A stretch of 64,000 nucleotides of DNA from the human T2T-CHM13v2.0 reference genome, Homo sapiens: NCBI RefSeq assembly GCF_009914755.1, contig NC_060946.1; one strand, 5' to 3'. The notes under the pieces were generated by a model. That model saw only the letters and a program-made list of their open reading frames with translations, was not told where the DNA came from and ran no database searches. Position numbers and translations under genes: made by a program. This document shows, in pieces, positions 1-13,238 of this stretch (the stretch's first letter is position 1; every line of letters begins with the position of its first letter).

Positions 1-106
1 ATCTCTGAAGAGCAGAGTGGACTTCCTAGGAGCTGGGGAAAACTCACAGCTCCTCCCTCCCTCACACGGCAGCTTCCAATGTACTGGGAGGGCCCCAGTA
101 ATGCAT

Positions 107-356
107 GTGCAGTGGCGTGATCTCGAATCGCTGCGACCCTCGCCTCCTGGGTTCAAGTGATTCTCCTGCCTCAGCCTCCTGAGTAGCTGGGATTACAAGC
201 GCCTGCTGCCACACCTGGCTAACTTTTGTATTTTTAGTAGAGATGGGGTTTTCACCATGTTGGCTAGGCTGGTCTTGAACTCCTGACCTCAGGTGATCTG
301 CCTGCCTCGGCCTCCCAAAGTGCTGGGATTACAGGCATGAGCCGCCGCGCCTGGCC
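107..356 (-). mobile_element. AluS SINE lacking its 3' end and poly-A tail
   Basis: Antisense Alu from GTGCAGTGGCGTGATC to GAGCCGCCGCGCCTGGCC; no T-tail to the left. Confidence 0.95.
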
Positions 357-1388
357 CACATGGTATAGTTTCTATACACCTGGTAAGAGGAGAATATCTT
401 TGTGTTTCTTTAGTTAAAATGACAGACTGTAGAAGCTTTGCGCCCTGTAATGCCTGAACCTGGACCCGGAGCTGTTGAAATGAGGCTGCTCCAGAAAAGC
501 TGTGCTCTGAGACCCCTGGGGCTGGGACACTCGGCAACTTCTTTCCAGTGGAGCCTCCAGGCCTGACCGGCCTTCCCACAGCTGGGGGATCCTGCAGGTC
601 TAATCAGGTCCCCTGACTTACACCCAAGCTACCCTCTAGCAAGGTAGCAACTGCGGGCGGGCGGATAGCCGGGTTCCAATCCCTGCTCACGCTTTCCCTG
701 CGTGGCCACTGCACCAGACAGGCTTCCTCATTATGGGGGTGGGGATTATGATGCCAATCATAACAGCTTCCCGTCTTTCCTGTCTTCCAGTTCCCTCCAG
801 CTGCCGGATAAACCTCCCAAACACAACTGTGTGAGAGAACCCTGGTTTTGGGTCTTGCTGTGTTCCTGGCCTCTGTGGTTAAGGAATCCAGCCGGGGACT
901 GGCGGGCGTCTCAGCTCCCCTCCCCAGTTTCTGGGGCCTCAGGTAGGAAGGCTGGACAGGCGGGAGGTGACCGGATGCTGGGGCTGCACTCATCCTGGGG
1001 AGGCAGTTCACCCCCACCTCGGGTCCCAGGTGGACTTGGCTCATACTGCTGATGGAGCGAGGGGGCACAAGTGGCCTCCCTGTGTGCCTTGGGCTTCTCA
1101 GGACGTGAGAGCCTGGCTCTGAGTGTCCTGGGAGTGGTCACACTCCCCGGCCTCACCATGCTTTATGATGGAGGCAGTCACGGTTGCCTTGTCCTCTGCA
1201 GAGTCCCGAGGTGGTGCAGGGCATCACATGGTGAGGGGCTGAGTGTGCTGGCTCAGGTCTCTCTTCTGCCTTGTATAAAGCCACTAATGCCACTCTCATC
1301 ATAACCCATTAATTCATTAGTCCATTCATCTATTAAGCTTCTAATCTGTGTATGGATTAACCCATTCACGAGGGCAGAACCCTCATGA

Positions 1389-1706
<318 letters not shown>

Positions 1707-1737
1707 CCAATCACCTGTTGAAGGCTCCACCTCTCTT

Positions 1738-2018
<281 letters not shown>

Positions 2019-3009
2019 TCAGTTTCCCATAAGTTTTAAAGGAGGCAAATATTCAAACCATATCAGTGGGCCACTGTGGCATCAAGAGCCTTGTGGGGTT
2101 TGAGATGTGAGAGCCTAGAACCACCAAGGAGAGGGGGCCGTGGAAAGCGAATGATGACCCAGCAGGGGGTGGGGCCTCACGCAGGCTCTGTGAGCAGCTG
2201 ACTGTGAAGAGCTGTTGCCCGCTGGGCAGGCAGCTCAGATCCTCTCCTGGGTGAAGACAGAATGTTTCGAATGCAGCTTCCCTGAGGGCACAGCTTCTAT
2301 CTCAGACCAACTCCTGGGACAATATGGCCCGTCTGGAGGGAGCCGGGAGGAGGGCACTGGGAAGGTCCTGGGCCCTTTCTCTTCCAGGCGCCGGCAGGGA
2401 ACCCCACCCTGGCAGGCGTGGGGAGAGGCCACAGCGGCAGGCACCGTGGCCAGCTGGAGCGGGGACGCATCTGACAAAATACTTCCCCCACCCCCGATTT
2501 GTGAATCTAATTTTAGGAAAAATTTTACACAGTGTAAAAGCCTTTAAACACACGTAGCTACACATTTTACAAGCTGCTTCTATCGATAAGAATAAAATTA
2601 CATATAAGAAACATCAGCTTCAAGCAAAACTACCCTCCATTCGGGGACACATCTCACTGGGATCACTTGCTGTGGAGGTGGAGGCGCACTGATGCGTTGG
2701 CACTCATGGCTGCCCCTGGCATTTTGCAGGTATTATTTGAGTTCCCGCACACTCATTTGACAGGAGCCCAGAGCTGCCAGGTAACAGCCACAGCATGGCT
2801 GAGCAGGGGGCTTGCATGGGATGCCCCAGGGGCCAGGGCAGGATTCAGGAACTGGGGCCAGATGCTGAGAGTGGCTGTGAACTTGCAGTGTGGAAGGAAA
2901 GAAGGTGTGGGGCAGGGGCACTCCACTCTTTGGGACCAGCCTCTCATCCATGCATCCCACTCATATTTATGGAGCACCCGTCACCTGAGTGGTTTTGATC
3001 CTTCTGTGA

Positions 3010-3460
3010 GGTAGCTCAGGGTTACCATAACATATGACCACAAACTAGGTGGCCTAAATCAACAGCAGCGTCTTCTCTCACAGTTCTAGAGCCCAGCGTC
3101 CGAAATCTAGGTGTCGGCAGGGTTGGTTCCTTCTGGAGGCTCTGAGGGTGAGTCTGCTCCGGACCCCTCTTGCCCAGCCTCCAGTGGGTCCTGGAAGCTC
3201 TCGGCATTCCTTGGCTTGTGGCCGCATCCCTCTCCTCTCTGCCTGCAATGTCACGTGGCCTTCCCTGTGGGTGCCATCTGTGTCTGAGTGTCTCAAACCT
3301 CCCTCTCCTTCTTCTCATGAGGATGCCAGTCAGTAGATTCAGGTCGGGCTTTGTCTTAATCACATCTGCAAAAACCCCATATCCGAATAAGGTCACATTC
3401 ACAGCTCCTGGGGTTAGCATGCAGATGTGTCATTTTGGGAACACCGTGCAGCTCACTGCA
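3010..3460 (-). mobile_element. MLT1B/MLT1C MaLR solo LTR
   Basis: CACAAACTAGGTGGC, TCTCACAGTTCTAGAG, TGGTTCCTTCTGGAGGCTCTGAGGG and AATAAGGTCACATTCACAG motifs. Confidence 0.85.
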
Positions 3461-3700
3461 ACCTCAGAGAAGGCCCAGGAGGGATGGGGTTTTCCTTGAT
3501 GAGGTCTCTGCAGGGCTGCCCCCTGGGTGAGGGAAGCTGGCACATGGGCCCAAAGGGCAGAGGGGGGCCGTTGGCTGAGGGGAGGGAGACAGGGGCCTCA
3601 GTCGCAGGAGGAGCTGCCTCACAGTCTGGCAATCACAGTAAGTCTGGGGCTTCAGGGAGCAGCCAGACCCAGTGTCCTGACTCAGCCCCTCTTCTGTGGG

Positions 3701-4141
3701 TGTCTTAGTCCATTTTTTGTTGCTTATAACAGAATACCTGAAACTTGGTTTTTTATAAGGAAAAGCAAATTACTTCTTACAGGTACGGAGGCTGAAAAGT
3801 CCAAGGTCAAGGCACTACATCTGGTGAGGACCTTCTTGCTGGTGGAGGCTCTCTGCAGAGTCCCGAGGTGGCACAGGGCATCACATGGTGAGGGGCTGAG
3901 CATGCTGGCTCAGGTCTCTCTCCCTTCTTGTATAAAGCCACTAATGCCACTCCTGTCATAACCCATTAATCCATTAGCCCATTCATCTACTAAGCTACTA
4001 ATCTGTGAATGGATTAACCTATTCACGAGGGCAGAACCCTCATGATCCAATCACCTCTAAAGGCTCCACCTCTCAACACTGCCAAATTGCCAATTAAGTT
4101 TTACATGAGTTTTGAAAGGGGTAAATATTCAAACCATAGCC
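3701..4141 (-). mobile_element. Complete MSTC-like MaLR solo LTR
   Basis: TGTCTTAGTCC...AAACCATAGC with 5-bp TSD GTGGG (3696-3700 and 4142-4146). Confidence 0.92.
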
Positions 4142-4376
4142 GTGGGCCATTGTGACCTCAAGAGCCTCCTCAATGTGTCTGCCCTCTGTGATTCCAAGCC
4201 CACCCAGACCCTCCTCCCAGCACCACTCAGAGAAGACAGGAAGGCCAGAAGACCTAGAGTTGGTGGGGGTGGGGAAGGTGGGGAGGTGACCTGGGGGAGG
4301 GGCTGCTCAAGGATGATGCACACCCGGACAGGTGGCCCATGCCCTGCGACCAAGTGCCCAATTGCCTTACTCCAGG

Positions 4377-4692
4377 TTTGTTTTTTTTGTTTTGTTTTGT
4401 TTGTTTTTTTTAGACGGAGTCTCACTGTGTTGCCCACGCTGGAGCACAATGGCACAATCTCCACTAACTGCAACCTCCACCTTCCAGGTTCAAGCAATTC
4501 TTGTGCCTCAGCCTCCCGAGTAGCTGGGATTACAGGCATGTGCCACCATGCCTGGCTAATTTTTGTGTTTTCAGTAGAGACAGGGTTTCCCCATATTGGT
4601 CAGGCTAGTCTTGAACTCCTGACCTCAAGTGATCCACCCCGCTTGGCCTCTCAAAGTGCTGGGATTACAGGCATGAGCCACTGCACCCAGCC
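4377..4692 (-). mobile_element. AluS SINE
   Basis: Full antisense dimer, (TTTTG)n tail, TSD-like CTCCAG. Confidence 0.97.
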
Positions 4693-4979
4693 CTCCAGTT
4701 TTTGATCCTGGGACTGACTCTTCCACAGTGAGAATGTCAAGGGTGCCTGCCCACCTCTGGGAATTCCCTCTGCAATCCCGTCCCTCTGTTCAGAATTCTG
4801 CCCTCACTTGGACCCACACATAGAGCTCCTTCCTGTCACCCAGCTCTCAGCTTAGTTGACACTGCTCAGTGTCAACTAATGCAAAAAGCCTCATCACCCT
4901 CTCCTGTGGCCTTGCGTCCTCTGCACTGCATAAGCACGAGCTGGACTCTCCTCCCTCTCCTCCCTGTGCTGCTGTGTGT

Positions 4980-5290
4980 AGGTTCCTATTTGTCTCTCCA
5001 CTGAGGGCAGGGACTCTGAAGGACCAGTTCACGGCATCCCACGTCTAGAGAACTGCTCAACACATTACAGGAATTCAAGAAAGAAGTTTGTCAAATGAAG
5101 GAACTTTCTAACTTTCTGAACCAGCTAACGATGGCATGGACCACTTGGTGGTAGTGAGCTCCCTGCCATTGGTGGTATTTAAGCAGTAGTTGGATGACAC
5201 TCAGAGGGTACATTACAGAGACAAACGCAGGAGGTAGAGTTCAAGCTTAGGGCAAACACAGATCCTTCCCAGGGTCTCTGACCATTCAGT
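4980..5290 (+). mobile_element. L2 3' fragment followed by an L3/CR1 3' fragment
   Basis: TGAGGGCAGGGAC...TTTGTCAAATGAA (L2 end); GTAGTGAGCTCCCTGCCATTGG...AAGCAGTAGTTGGATGAC (CR1 end). Confidence 0.55.
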
Positions 5291-5900
5291 GTCCCCTTCC
5301 CTGCTACCACCTTGCCCTGAGACCCTGGGGGATGCCTTTCTTTTCTCTGAGCCCTAGTCTCTCAACAGTTCTAGAAAACAAAAGGTGGCAGCATCTATTT
5401 GGCTGAGCCACCCAGATAGAAAAGGCTGCAGAAGCAAAGACCAATATTTATTCATTATCATATTCAGAAATTAGACTGGGGAGCCACAAATAGACATTTC
5501 TAACAAGAGCCTGTCTGTCCCTGCCTCTCGGGTTCATCCTGCACACTCCTCGTTCATGTCACGTCTTGCTGCCTCCCGCACTGGGGGTTTGGCTTGAATA
5601 TTTGCCAGCCACTCAATTATTTTCTGGGGTGATTCATGGGAACGTGGGACGTCCAACTGCAGTTGGGATGTTCTTTTAAAAGAGCATGTGCCGCTCCCAA
5701 TGGGGCCGCATCTGAGCGAGGCACAGGGCTCGCTCTCCTCTGGGGATGGGCATGCAGGGGTGGGGAAGAGCATGTGCCACTGACTGGAAGGGGCCCCATC
5801 AAAGCCCGGGCTTTACCAGGGAGCAGTCCGTCTGTTTTGTGCCCTGCCACAGGTGCTCCACTCCTAGCATCAGCATTCATGCACCCACTGTTTCTCCATC

Positions 5901-6175
5901 TTTATTTTATTTTATTTTATATTTTATTTTTTGAGATGGGGTCTCACTTTGTTGCCCAGGCTGGAGTGCAGTGGTCTGATCACAGCTTACTGCTGCCTGG
6001 AATTCCTAGGACTACAGGCATGCAACACTACATCAGACTAATTTTTACAATTTTTGTAGAAACAGGGGTCTCATTATGTTGCCCAGACTGGTCTCAAACT
6101 CCTGGTCTCAAGCAGTCCTTCCTACCTCAGCCTCCCAAAGTGTTAGGATTACAGGTGAAAGCCGGTGTGCCCTGA
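5901..6175 (-). mobile_element. AluJ SINE, internally deleted
   Basis: (TTTTA)n tail; J-type GGGTCTCA and CTCAAGCAGTCCTTCC. Confidence 0.9.
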
Positions 6176-6231
6176 TTGTTCCTCCATCTTCAAAAACAGT
6201 CTTGATCTCTACTCCTGCCCTCTGCTTTCAT

Positions 6232-6512
<281 letters not shown>

Positions 6513-6519
6513 ACTTCCA

Positions 6520-7765
6520 TGTTTCTTTCCCCCTCTGGATAGCAAAGCTCTTTGAAGGAGCAAAACTCCTCCCCATCTTTCTTGAACACCCCTCTCCAGC
6601 ACACTCTTGACCCCATGGATTCCCTGAGGCTTAATGAAGTCAGCAGTGACCCCCAACCCAAAACCCAGGGTTGGCTGGCAGACGTCAGCTGTCTGAGCCA
6701 CCCTCTGAGTCTGACTCTGCTGGCTGGTCTCTCTCTCCTCCTTGCTGCCCTCTCCTCACCTGGCTGCCAGGACTCTGCTGCTCTCAGCCTTGTTCCCATC
6801 TCTCTGGTAGTTCCACCTCAGTCCCTTGCTGGCTCTTTTATGTGTCCTTGACCTTGAACGTGTTGGCGCATTCTGGAGCTCAGTCCTTACCGTGTCTTGT
6901 TTTATTACCCTCTCATTCCCTTACTGATCTCATCCTGCCTCGGGGTTTTAAATGCCCTCCAGATGCCAGTGACTCCCATGTACGCCTCCAGCCTGGACCT
7001 CTGTCCTGACTCCTGACCTCCAACTAGGTTTTCAACGTGGATGTCAAAGACACCTCTGCTCACATCCAACACGTCCAACACTGATCTCCTCATTTCCTCC
7101 CACCTCCCCATCTGGGTTGGTGGCTGCCCTGTCTTCCCCGTGGCTTGGGCCAGGAGCCTGTGTTTATCCATGGTTCCTTTTTCTGCTGCAGTCTACATCC
7201 AATCTGTCAGGAAATTATCGTTTCATTGCCCCAGTGCATCCGGAATCTGATGGCTTCTCTCCACCCTGCCCCGTTTCCATCCTAGTGCAAGCCACCTTCA
7301 TCCTTGCCTCTGCAGTCTGTTCTTAGCACTGCAGTCAGAAGAAGCCTTTACACGGTAAGCCAGATTATGCTGCTCCTCTGCCCAAACCTTGCCGAGGCTC
7401 CTCCTTTTCACCTGAAATGCAAGCCAGCGTCCTTCCCGGACTCTGCAAAGCCCCAGATAATTTGACTGGCTCCCTGCACCTTCTCTAACATCCCCTTCTA
7501 TTACCCCTCCTGCATTCCACCCCCCTTCACTTTCTCCTGTTCACTGGGCTCCAGCCACACTGCCCTCCTTCCCATTCCTCCAACCTGCCAGGCATACACC
7601 TGCCCCAGGGCCTTTGCACTTGTGGTTCCTTCTGCTCAGATGCTCTTGTCTCAGATATTCGCTGGGCTCACACCCTCACCTCCTTTACCTCTGTGCTTAC
7701 CTTCTCCATGCAACCTCTCTCAACCAACATTTTTAATAATTCAAACACCTCACCTGTCCCTGCTC
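6520..7765 (+). mobile_element. L2 LINE fragment
   Basis: TGATCTCATC...TTTAAATGCC, CTCCAGCCACACTG and CCCCAGGGCCTTTGCACTTG motifs. Confidence 0.85.
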
Positions 7766-8243
7766 CACAATGCAATAGCTACAGATGTGACACACTTTAA
7801 AGTTGAATTTGCATCATTAACATTTTCTCCATCACTTGCTTAAGTCTAGACAATCAACAGAACAATCAGTCAGGCCCTGATGTGCATTGTTTGCCAATTC
7901 CCATGGTGTATATAGTTCCACCAAGGCCAATTCTAAACTACCTATGTGACGCCCCTGAACACAGTCTTGGAGAGGGATGCACAGAAGCACGCCATTATAT
8001 AGTATTTTGTAATAAATATAAGTCACCCTAGGAGCATCAATAATAGTAAAATGAGGTAAGATAATTAGGACGTGATTACTCTGAGTATGCATTACCTTTG
8101 TTTTTAATAAAATGTACTTAATTGGAAGTTTGTGTAATTTAATTTTTTTATTGGCTACATTTAACAACTGACTCGCAAAAATTCCTGAAAAATTAACAGT
8201 AGACTTTCACCAGCCAGTATATGCTGGCTCCAGCATACCCCTG
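7766..8243 (-). mobile_element. MER63 (hAT-Blackjack) 5' half
   Basis: Ends in TIR GGCTCCAGCATACCCCTG; AAAATTCCTGAAAA subterminal motif; homologous to 55059-55435. Confidence 0.8.
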
Positions 8244-8660
8244 AGAATGGTTGATTAATATGGAATGGCCATGCTGTGGAATTTTATGCAACTATTTAAA
8301 ATAATGAATTGGAGCTCTATAGGGGATTTGGAGGAATTTTCACAAAGAATTGTCAAATAAGAAAGCAAAATATATAGAACCACAGAGTCATTTTTATAAC
8401 ACAGTGATCCCCTCCTCAATAAAACCCTCTCTATATGTGTCTGTACACATTAATAAATAATTGCATAAGTATCCAGAATCAACTTGATTTGGGGGCATAG
8501 GATGTGATGTGTGGGAAGGAGAAAAGGAAGCCAACCAAAATAGGAAAACAGAACCAAAAAGACTGCCAGGAAAGCAAATTATACAGATGGTAACACATTT
8601 TGGCATTTAAGCATAATATATGTATTTGTTCCTATCATTAAAATACATTTTTAAACCAAG
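8244..8660 (+). mobile_element. L1ME-like 3' UTR fragment, sense orientation
   Basis: GAATGGTTGATTAATATGG...TGGAATTTTATGCAACTATTTAAAATAATGA. Confidence 0.65.
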
Positions 8661-8676
8661 TCCTCATTTGGACAGT

Positions 8677-9188
8677 TGTTCAGGTTATCTATTGCCTTAT
8701 AACAAACCACCCTAAAACTCAGTAACTCAGTAGTTCAAATTGCCAACAACCATTTATTATGACAAGCCTGTGAGTCGCACATGTGGTGTGTCTGCTTCAC
8801 ATGGTGTTGGGATACTGGGATGGCTGCAGGGTTCAACACGACCTCCCTCACATGGCTGGGGGTTGATGCTGGCTGCAAGCTGGGAGTTCAGCTGGGCCTA
8901 TCAGGAAGGGACCTGAACTCTTCTCTATGTTGACCTCTCCACGTGGCTACTTGGGCTTCCTCACAGCATGGTGACTGAGTTCTAAGAAGAAGCACTCCAA
9001 GAGGCAAAGGCTGGAGCTGTGTCATTTCCGCCATATTCTATTGATCACAATGATGACAGGTCAGGTCAGATTCACGGGGAGGAGATACAACATTCACCTT
9101 TTGATGGAAGTGGCAAGATAATATCACAACAGTGCATGTGGTAAGGGAAATTTTGTGGTAATTGTCTTTGGAAACACAAAAGACCGCA
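8677..9188 (-). mobile_element. MLT1H-like MaLR LTR
   Basis: ATCTATTG...TAACAAACCACCCTAAAACTCAGT, CTTGGGCTTCCTCACAGCATGG, TCTTTGGAAA end. Confidence 0.8.
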
Positions 9189-9311
9189 ATGATCCAAGCC
9201 CTTGATCATGTGGCACAAAGTCTTCACTTCCCTGGGGTGAAGACCCAGCGAAACCCTCAGTGACAACCCCCAGGAGGGTTTTCTTCCACGTTGACCGAGC
9301 TGTCTGTGGGT

Positions 9312-9567
9312 AACATTATGTTATATTTGTATATTGGTTGCAACTATCAATTGGCTGCAGGTACAAGACTTTGGCAAAAATCATAAAAGCATTCTGTGAG
9401 AATCAGTTGAATATATACATTTTATAAAACAGTATCATATATTTTATTATTATTTGTAAACTTTGTGTCACAAATCTTCTAGTGTTAATAAATTTTATAA
9501 TAAAAGTAGACGTGTGTATATATGATATATATGTGTATATGCATTTTTCCCCTGTAGCACACCTCTA
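9312..9567 (+). mobile_element. MER63C/D 3' half
   Basis: GGCAAAAATCATAAAAGCATTCTGTGAGAATCA; ends in TIR-like TAGCACACCTCTA. Confidence 0.7.
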
Positions 9568-10303
9568 AGTCTTCCTCTGCTGATAAGCATCATTTTGTTT
9601 CTATTCTACCATGGAATTCCATTTTACTCATGCTGGGTTCAAAGGGTATGTGCATTTTTAATTTTAATAGATATTTTCAGATTGCTTTCAACAGAAGTTA
9701 TAATTCTCATTTCTAGCAGCAGTGCATAAGAGTACCCTTTTCTCACACAGCTGCCAACAATAGATTTGTAGATTTATTTTTTGCCAGTCTGAAAGGCATA
9801 AAGTGGTATCTTATTATTTCAACTGGCTCCCCTCTGCCATCCCAGGAAGTCTGAAGGTCTTTTCTTATGTTGGGTGACATTTGGCTTCCTTCTGTGACTT
9901 GCCTCTTGGTTTTTCTGTTTTTCTATTGGGTTGTTTATTCCTTCCCTGTCAATTTGTGCATGTTCTCTGTATATTAAATTTCAGCCTTACAAGTGGCTCT
10001 GTGTTCCAAATCTCAATTATATATTGACTTTACATCATCTTTTGTCATACAAAAATTAATTTTTGCATTACCAAATGTTTATCATTCCTTCTATAGCTCC
10101 TGGGTATCTGGTCTTGGTTAGGAACCTGTCCCTTTGTTGAGAGTGTTGATATAACCTTTCAGAATTTCTTGCTGAATTTTTATTGTTCTGTTTAAGCCTT
10201 TAATATAAATCTTATTTTCATATATGGCTAAAACAGGAGTCCAATTTTATTTTTTTTCTGGATAAGTAGCCTGTTATGCCAGTTAAATCTTTGTGGTTTA
10301 GTG

Positions 10304-10720
10304 AAAAACAAAATAATTATGTATTAAATAATAATTCCCCACTGCATTGAAATGCTACTTTTGTTATATTAAGTTATTATATATACTCACATATATTTTA
10401 TATTCTAATCTGTCATTCTTATGCCAATGACATATTGGTTTGGTCATAGTATTTTTGTAGTATGTTTTAATTTGGGGGATTTTAGGCAGGCAATATATAA
10501 CACTATTTCTGGGATAAAAACAATAATTATGTATTAAATAATAATTCCCCACTGTATTGAAATGCTACTTTTGTTAAATTATTATCTATACTCACATATA
10601 TTTTATATTCTAATCTGTCATTCTTATGCCAATGACATATCGATCTGGTCATAGTGTTTTTGTAGTATGTTTTAATTTGGGCGGTTTTAGGCAGGCAATA
10701 TATAACACTATTTCTGGGAT
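10304..10720. repeat. Tandem duplication, 2 x ~205-212 bp
   Basis: AAAAACA(A)ATAATTATG...CACTATTTCTGGGAT at 10304-10515 and 10516-10720. Confidence 0.97.
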
Positions 10721-12945
10721 GAGGTCATGAAGAGTGCCTCTTTTATTCTGTTTCCCTTTCCATGACATTCACTGCTGGGAGGCTCTGTGTTGAAATTGTG
10801 GAGACACAAGATGAAAGCAATTGGATCCCTGCGTCACTTTATGGAGGAGAGTTTCTTCCCTGGAGCTTTGCCTGATTACATCATCTTTGTGTGAGTGATA
10901 AACAACCCTTTGTTTTTTACCTCAGCATAGCCTATCCTGTCCCAACTAATCATTGGTGCTGCTGTGTCAAAAAGCCAAAATATACAGCATTAGCTTAGTG
11001 GCTGGTGGTGTGTGCCAAGGACACTGCTACTGGAGGCTGGGGCATGACAATCTGTACTATTAATGGTAACACACTTGTTAAATGGCACACTTGCATTAAG
11101 AAGGCTAAGAAAGAAGGCTATTGTAAGCGTTTCTTGGCTGTTGATTTTATTCAACAAAGTCTTACAAGAAATAAGTGTCTAGTTTGTGAGCAGCAATAAA
11201 GGAAATAGAGAAATTCCAGAAAGTTAGGGCTTTGCAAAATTAAAAAGCCGACTGCTTCCAGATGCCAACTAACTTGAAACAGGATTGACAACACCATTGA
11301 GCAACAAAGGCCCAAACTACCTCAGGGCAAAAGGCAGATTAAAAAGATCCAGATAGACTCAAGGTAAGTGCCATGATATTGTGTGTGTGAGAGAGATGGG
11401 GGAGCAAAGAAGGTAAATAAGTTGAGATCTACCTCTCAAAAAGAACTTTTCAGGGAGTTATGGTACAGGGAACTCTTTGGAAACAAATCAAAAGCAGACT
11501 AAGTTTTTAAGGACATGGTATTACAAAAGAAACCCACAGTTTGAACTAAAAAAGGCTTGGACTATTCATGACTTAAAACAAGCTGTGGCTCCCCAATTTT
11601 CCATGGGCCAACAGCAGCTGAGTTTCACAGTCCAAACACAGCATATTCTTCCACGTCCATTTGAGATGTGGCCAAGGAGGGTGATGGAATGACAAAAGGG
11701 CCAGGGAGAACAAGGAACAAGGGACTTCTTCCTGGAGAAGCTTAATGAAGAAATCTTCTCTAACGAGGGTAGGAGTTTTCACAATGTCTACTCAGAAGGA
11801 TTTCAGAATTGTTACCCCTACTTTTCTTCATTCTCTCCACTTAAAACTAAAAGTGTTTACTGCAGTTGTCCTAACCCCACTCCATCATTGAATATTGGGT
11901 CTGTATAGGAGGAAAGGAATATGTCTCTTCTAGTTTATAAATCTCCAGACCAAGAAGAAGCAGGTATAGACCTGATGGAGAGCACTACGCGGTTCACTTG
12001 AAGACCCTCAATTTCTTTTTCTTTCTTTCTTTCTTTTTTTTTTCTTTTTTTTTATTTTTTATTTTTAGAGTCAGGGTTTCACCATATTGGTGTATTGGTG
12101 ACTGGCCTCAAACTCCTGGCCTCAGGTGATCCACCCGCCTTGGTGTCCCAAAGTGTTGGGATTACAGACGTGAGCCACTGCGCCCAGCCTAAGAAGATTT
12201 CAGAATTGTTACCCCTATCTGTCTTCATTCTCTCCATTTAAAACTAAAAGTGTTTACTGCAGTTGTCCTAACCCCACTCCATCATTGAATATTGGGTCTG
12301 TATAGGAGGAAAGGAATATGTCTCTTCTAGTTTATAAATCTCCAGACCAAGAAGAAGCAGGTATAGACCTGATGGAGAGCACTAGGCGTTCACTTGAAGA
12401 CCCTCAATTTCTTTTTCTTTCTTTCTTTCTTTTTTTTTTTTTTTAGAGACAGGGTTTCACCATATTGGTGTATTGGTGACTGGCCTCAGACTCCTTACCT
12501 CAGGTGATCCACCCGCCTTGGTCTCCCAAAGTGTTGGGATTACAGACGTGAGCCACTGCTCCTAGCCTAAGAAAACTCTCAATTTCAAGCTGGATTTGCT
12601 GACTTATGGGAGTGGGGTTTTCTCTCTTGAGAAAGCGAGAGTATGTTCTACATATGGGGAAAACAATGACCAGAGGGGCATGCAGGAAGATTACACTTCC
12701 TACTTCCTGGTAGTTAGGTGGGGCCATGTGACTAATTCTAGCAAATGAAATGTGAGTGGAAGTGTCATGTACCACTTCTGGCCAAAGTTTAAAAGTTGAT
12801 GTGTTTCCCTAACACTCTGTCTTTCGTCATGGTGACCTTGGAGGCCACCAGTGAGGTGATGGTGGACAGGATGAAGGATGCCTAGAACTAAAGGGGTTTT
12901 CACTAACCCACGTTAGATTTTGCATGAATGAGATAACATATTGCT
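10690..12945 (+). mobile_element. MLT1J-like MaLR element, LTR-internal-LTR
   Basis: LTR end CAGCATAGCCTATCC...ACTAATCA at ~10950 then TTGGTG; second LTR after CCAGAGGGG (~12680) with TAGTTAGGTGGGGCCATGTGACTAA. Confidence 0.7.
11794..12573. repeat. Tandem duplication, 2 x ~380-400 bp, each unit containing an Alu left monomer (12013-12189 and 12408-12567, minus strand)
   Basis: ATTTCAGAATTGTTACCCCTA...AGCCTAAGAA repeated almost identically. Confidence 0.97.
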
Positions 12946-12967
12946 TTCTCTCTCTCTCTCTCTCTCT

Positions 12968-13238
12968 TTTTTTTTTTTTTTTTTTTTTTGAGATGGAGCT
13001 GCGTTCTTGTTCACCAAGCTGAAGTGCTATGTGCCTCACCGCAACCTCTGCCGCCCGGGTTCAAGTGATTCTCCTGCCTCAGCCTCCTGAGTAGCTGGTA
13101 CTACAGGCATGCACCACCATGCCTGGCTAATTTTTTATTTTAGTAGAGATGGGGTTTCTCCATGTTGGTCAGGCTGGTCTCAAACTCATGACGTCAGGTG
13201 ATCTGCCCGCGTCAGCCTCCCAAACTGCTGGGATTACG
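12968..13238 (-). mobile_element. AluSp-like SINE, 5'-truncated, preceded by (TC)n
   Basis: Poly-T tail; TTTCTCCATGTTGGTCAGG; ends at GGGATTAC. Confidence 0.93.

Noticed and set aside
2490-2720. AT-rich patch, possibly an old hAT DNA transposon
   Set aside because: Could not identify paired termini or a family
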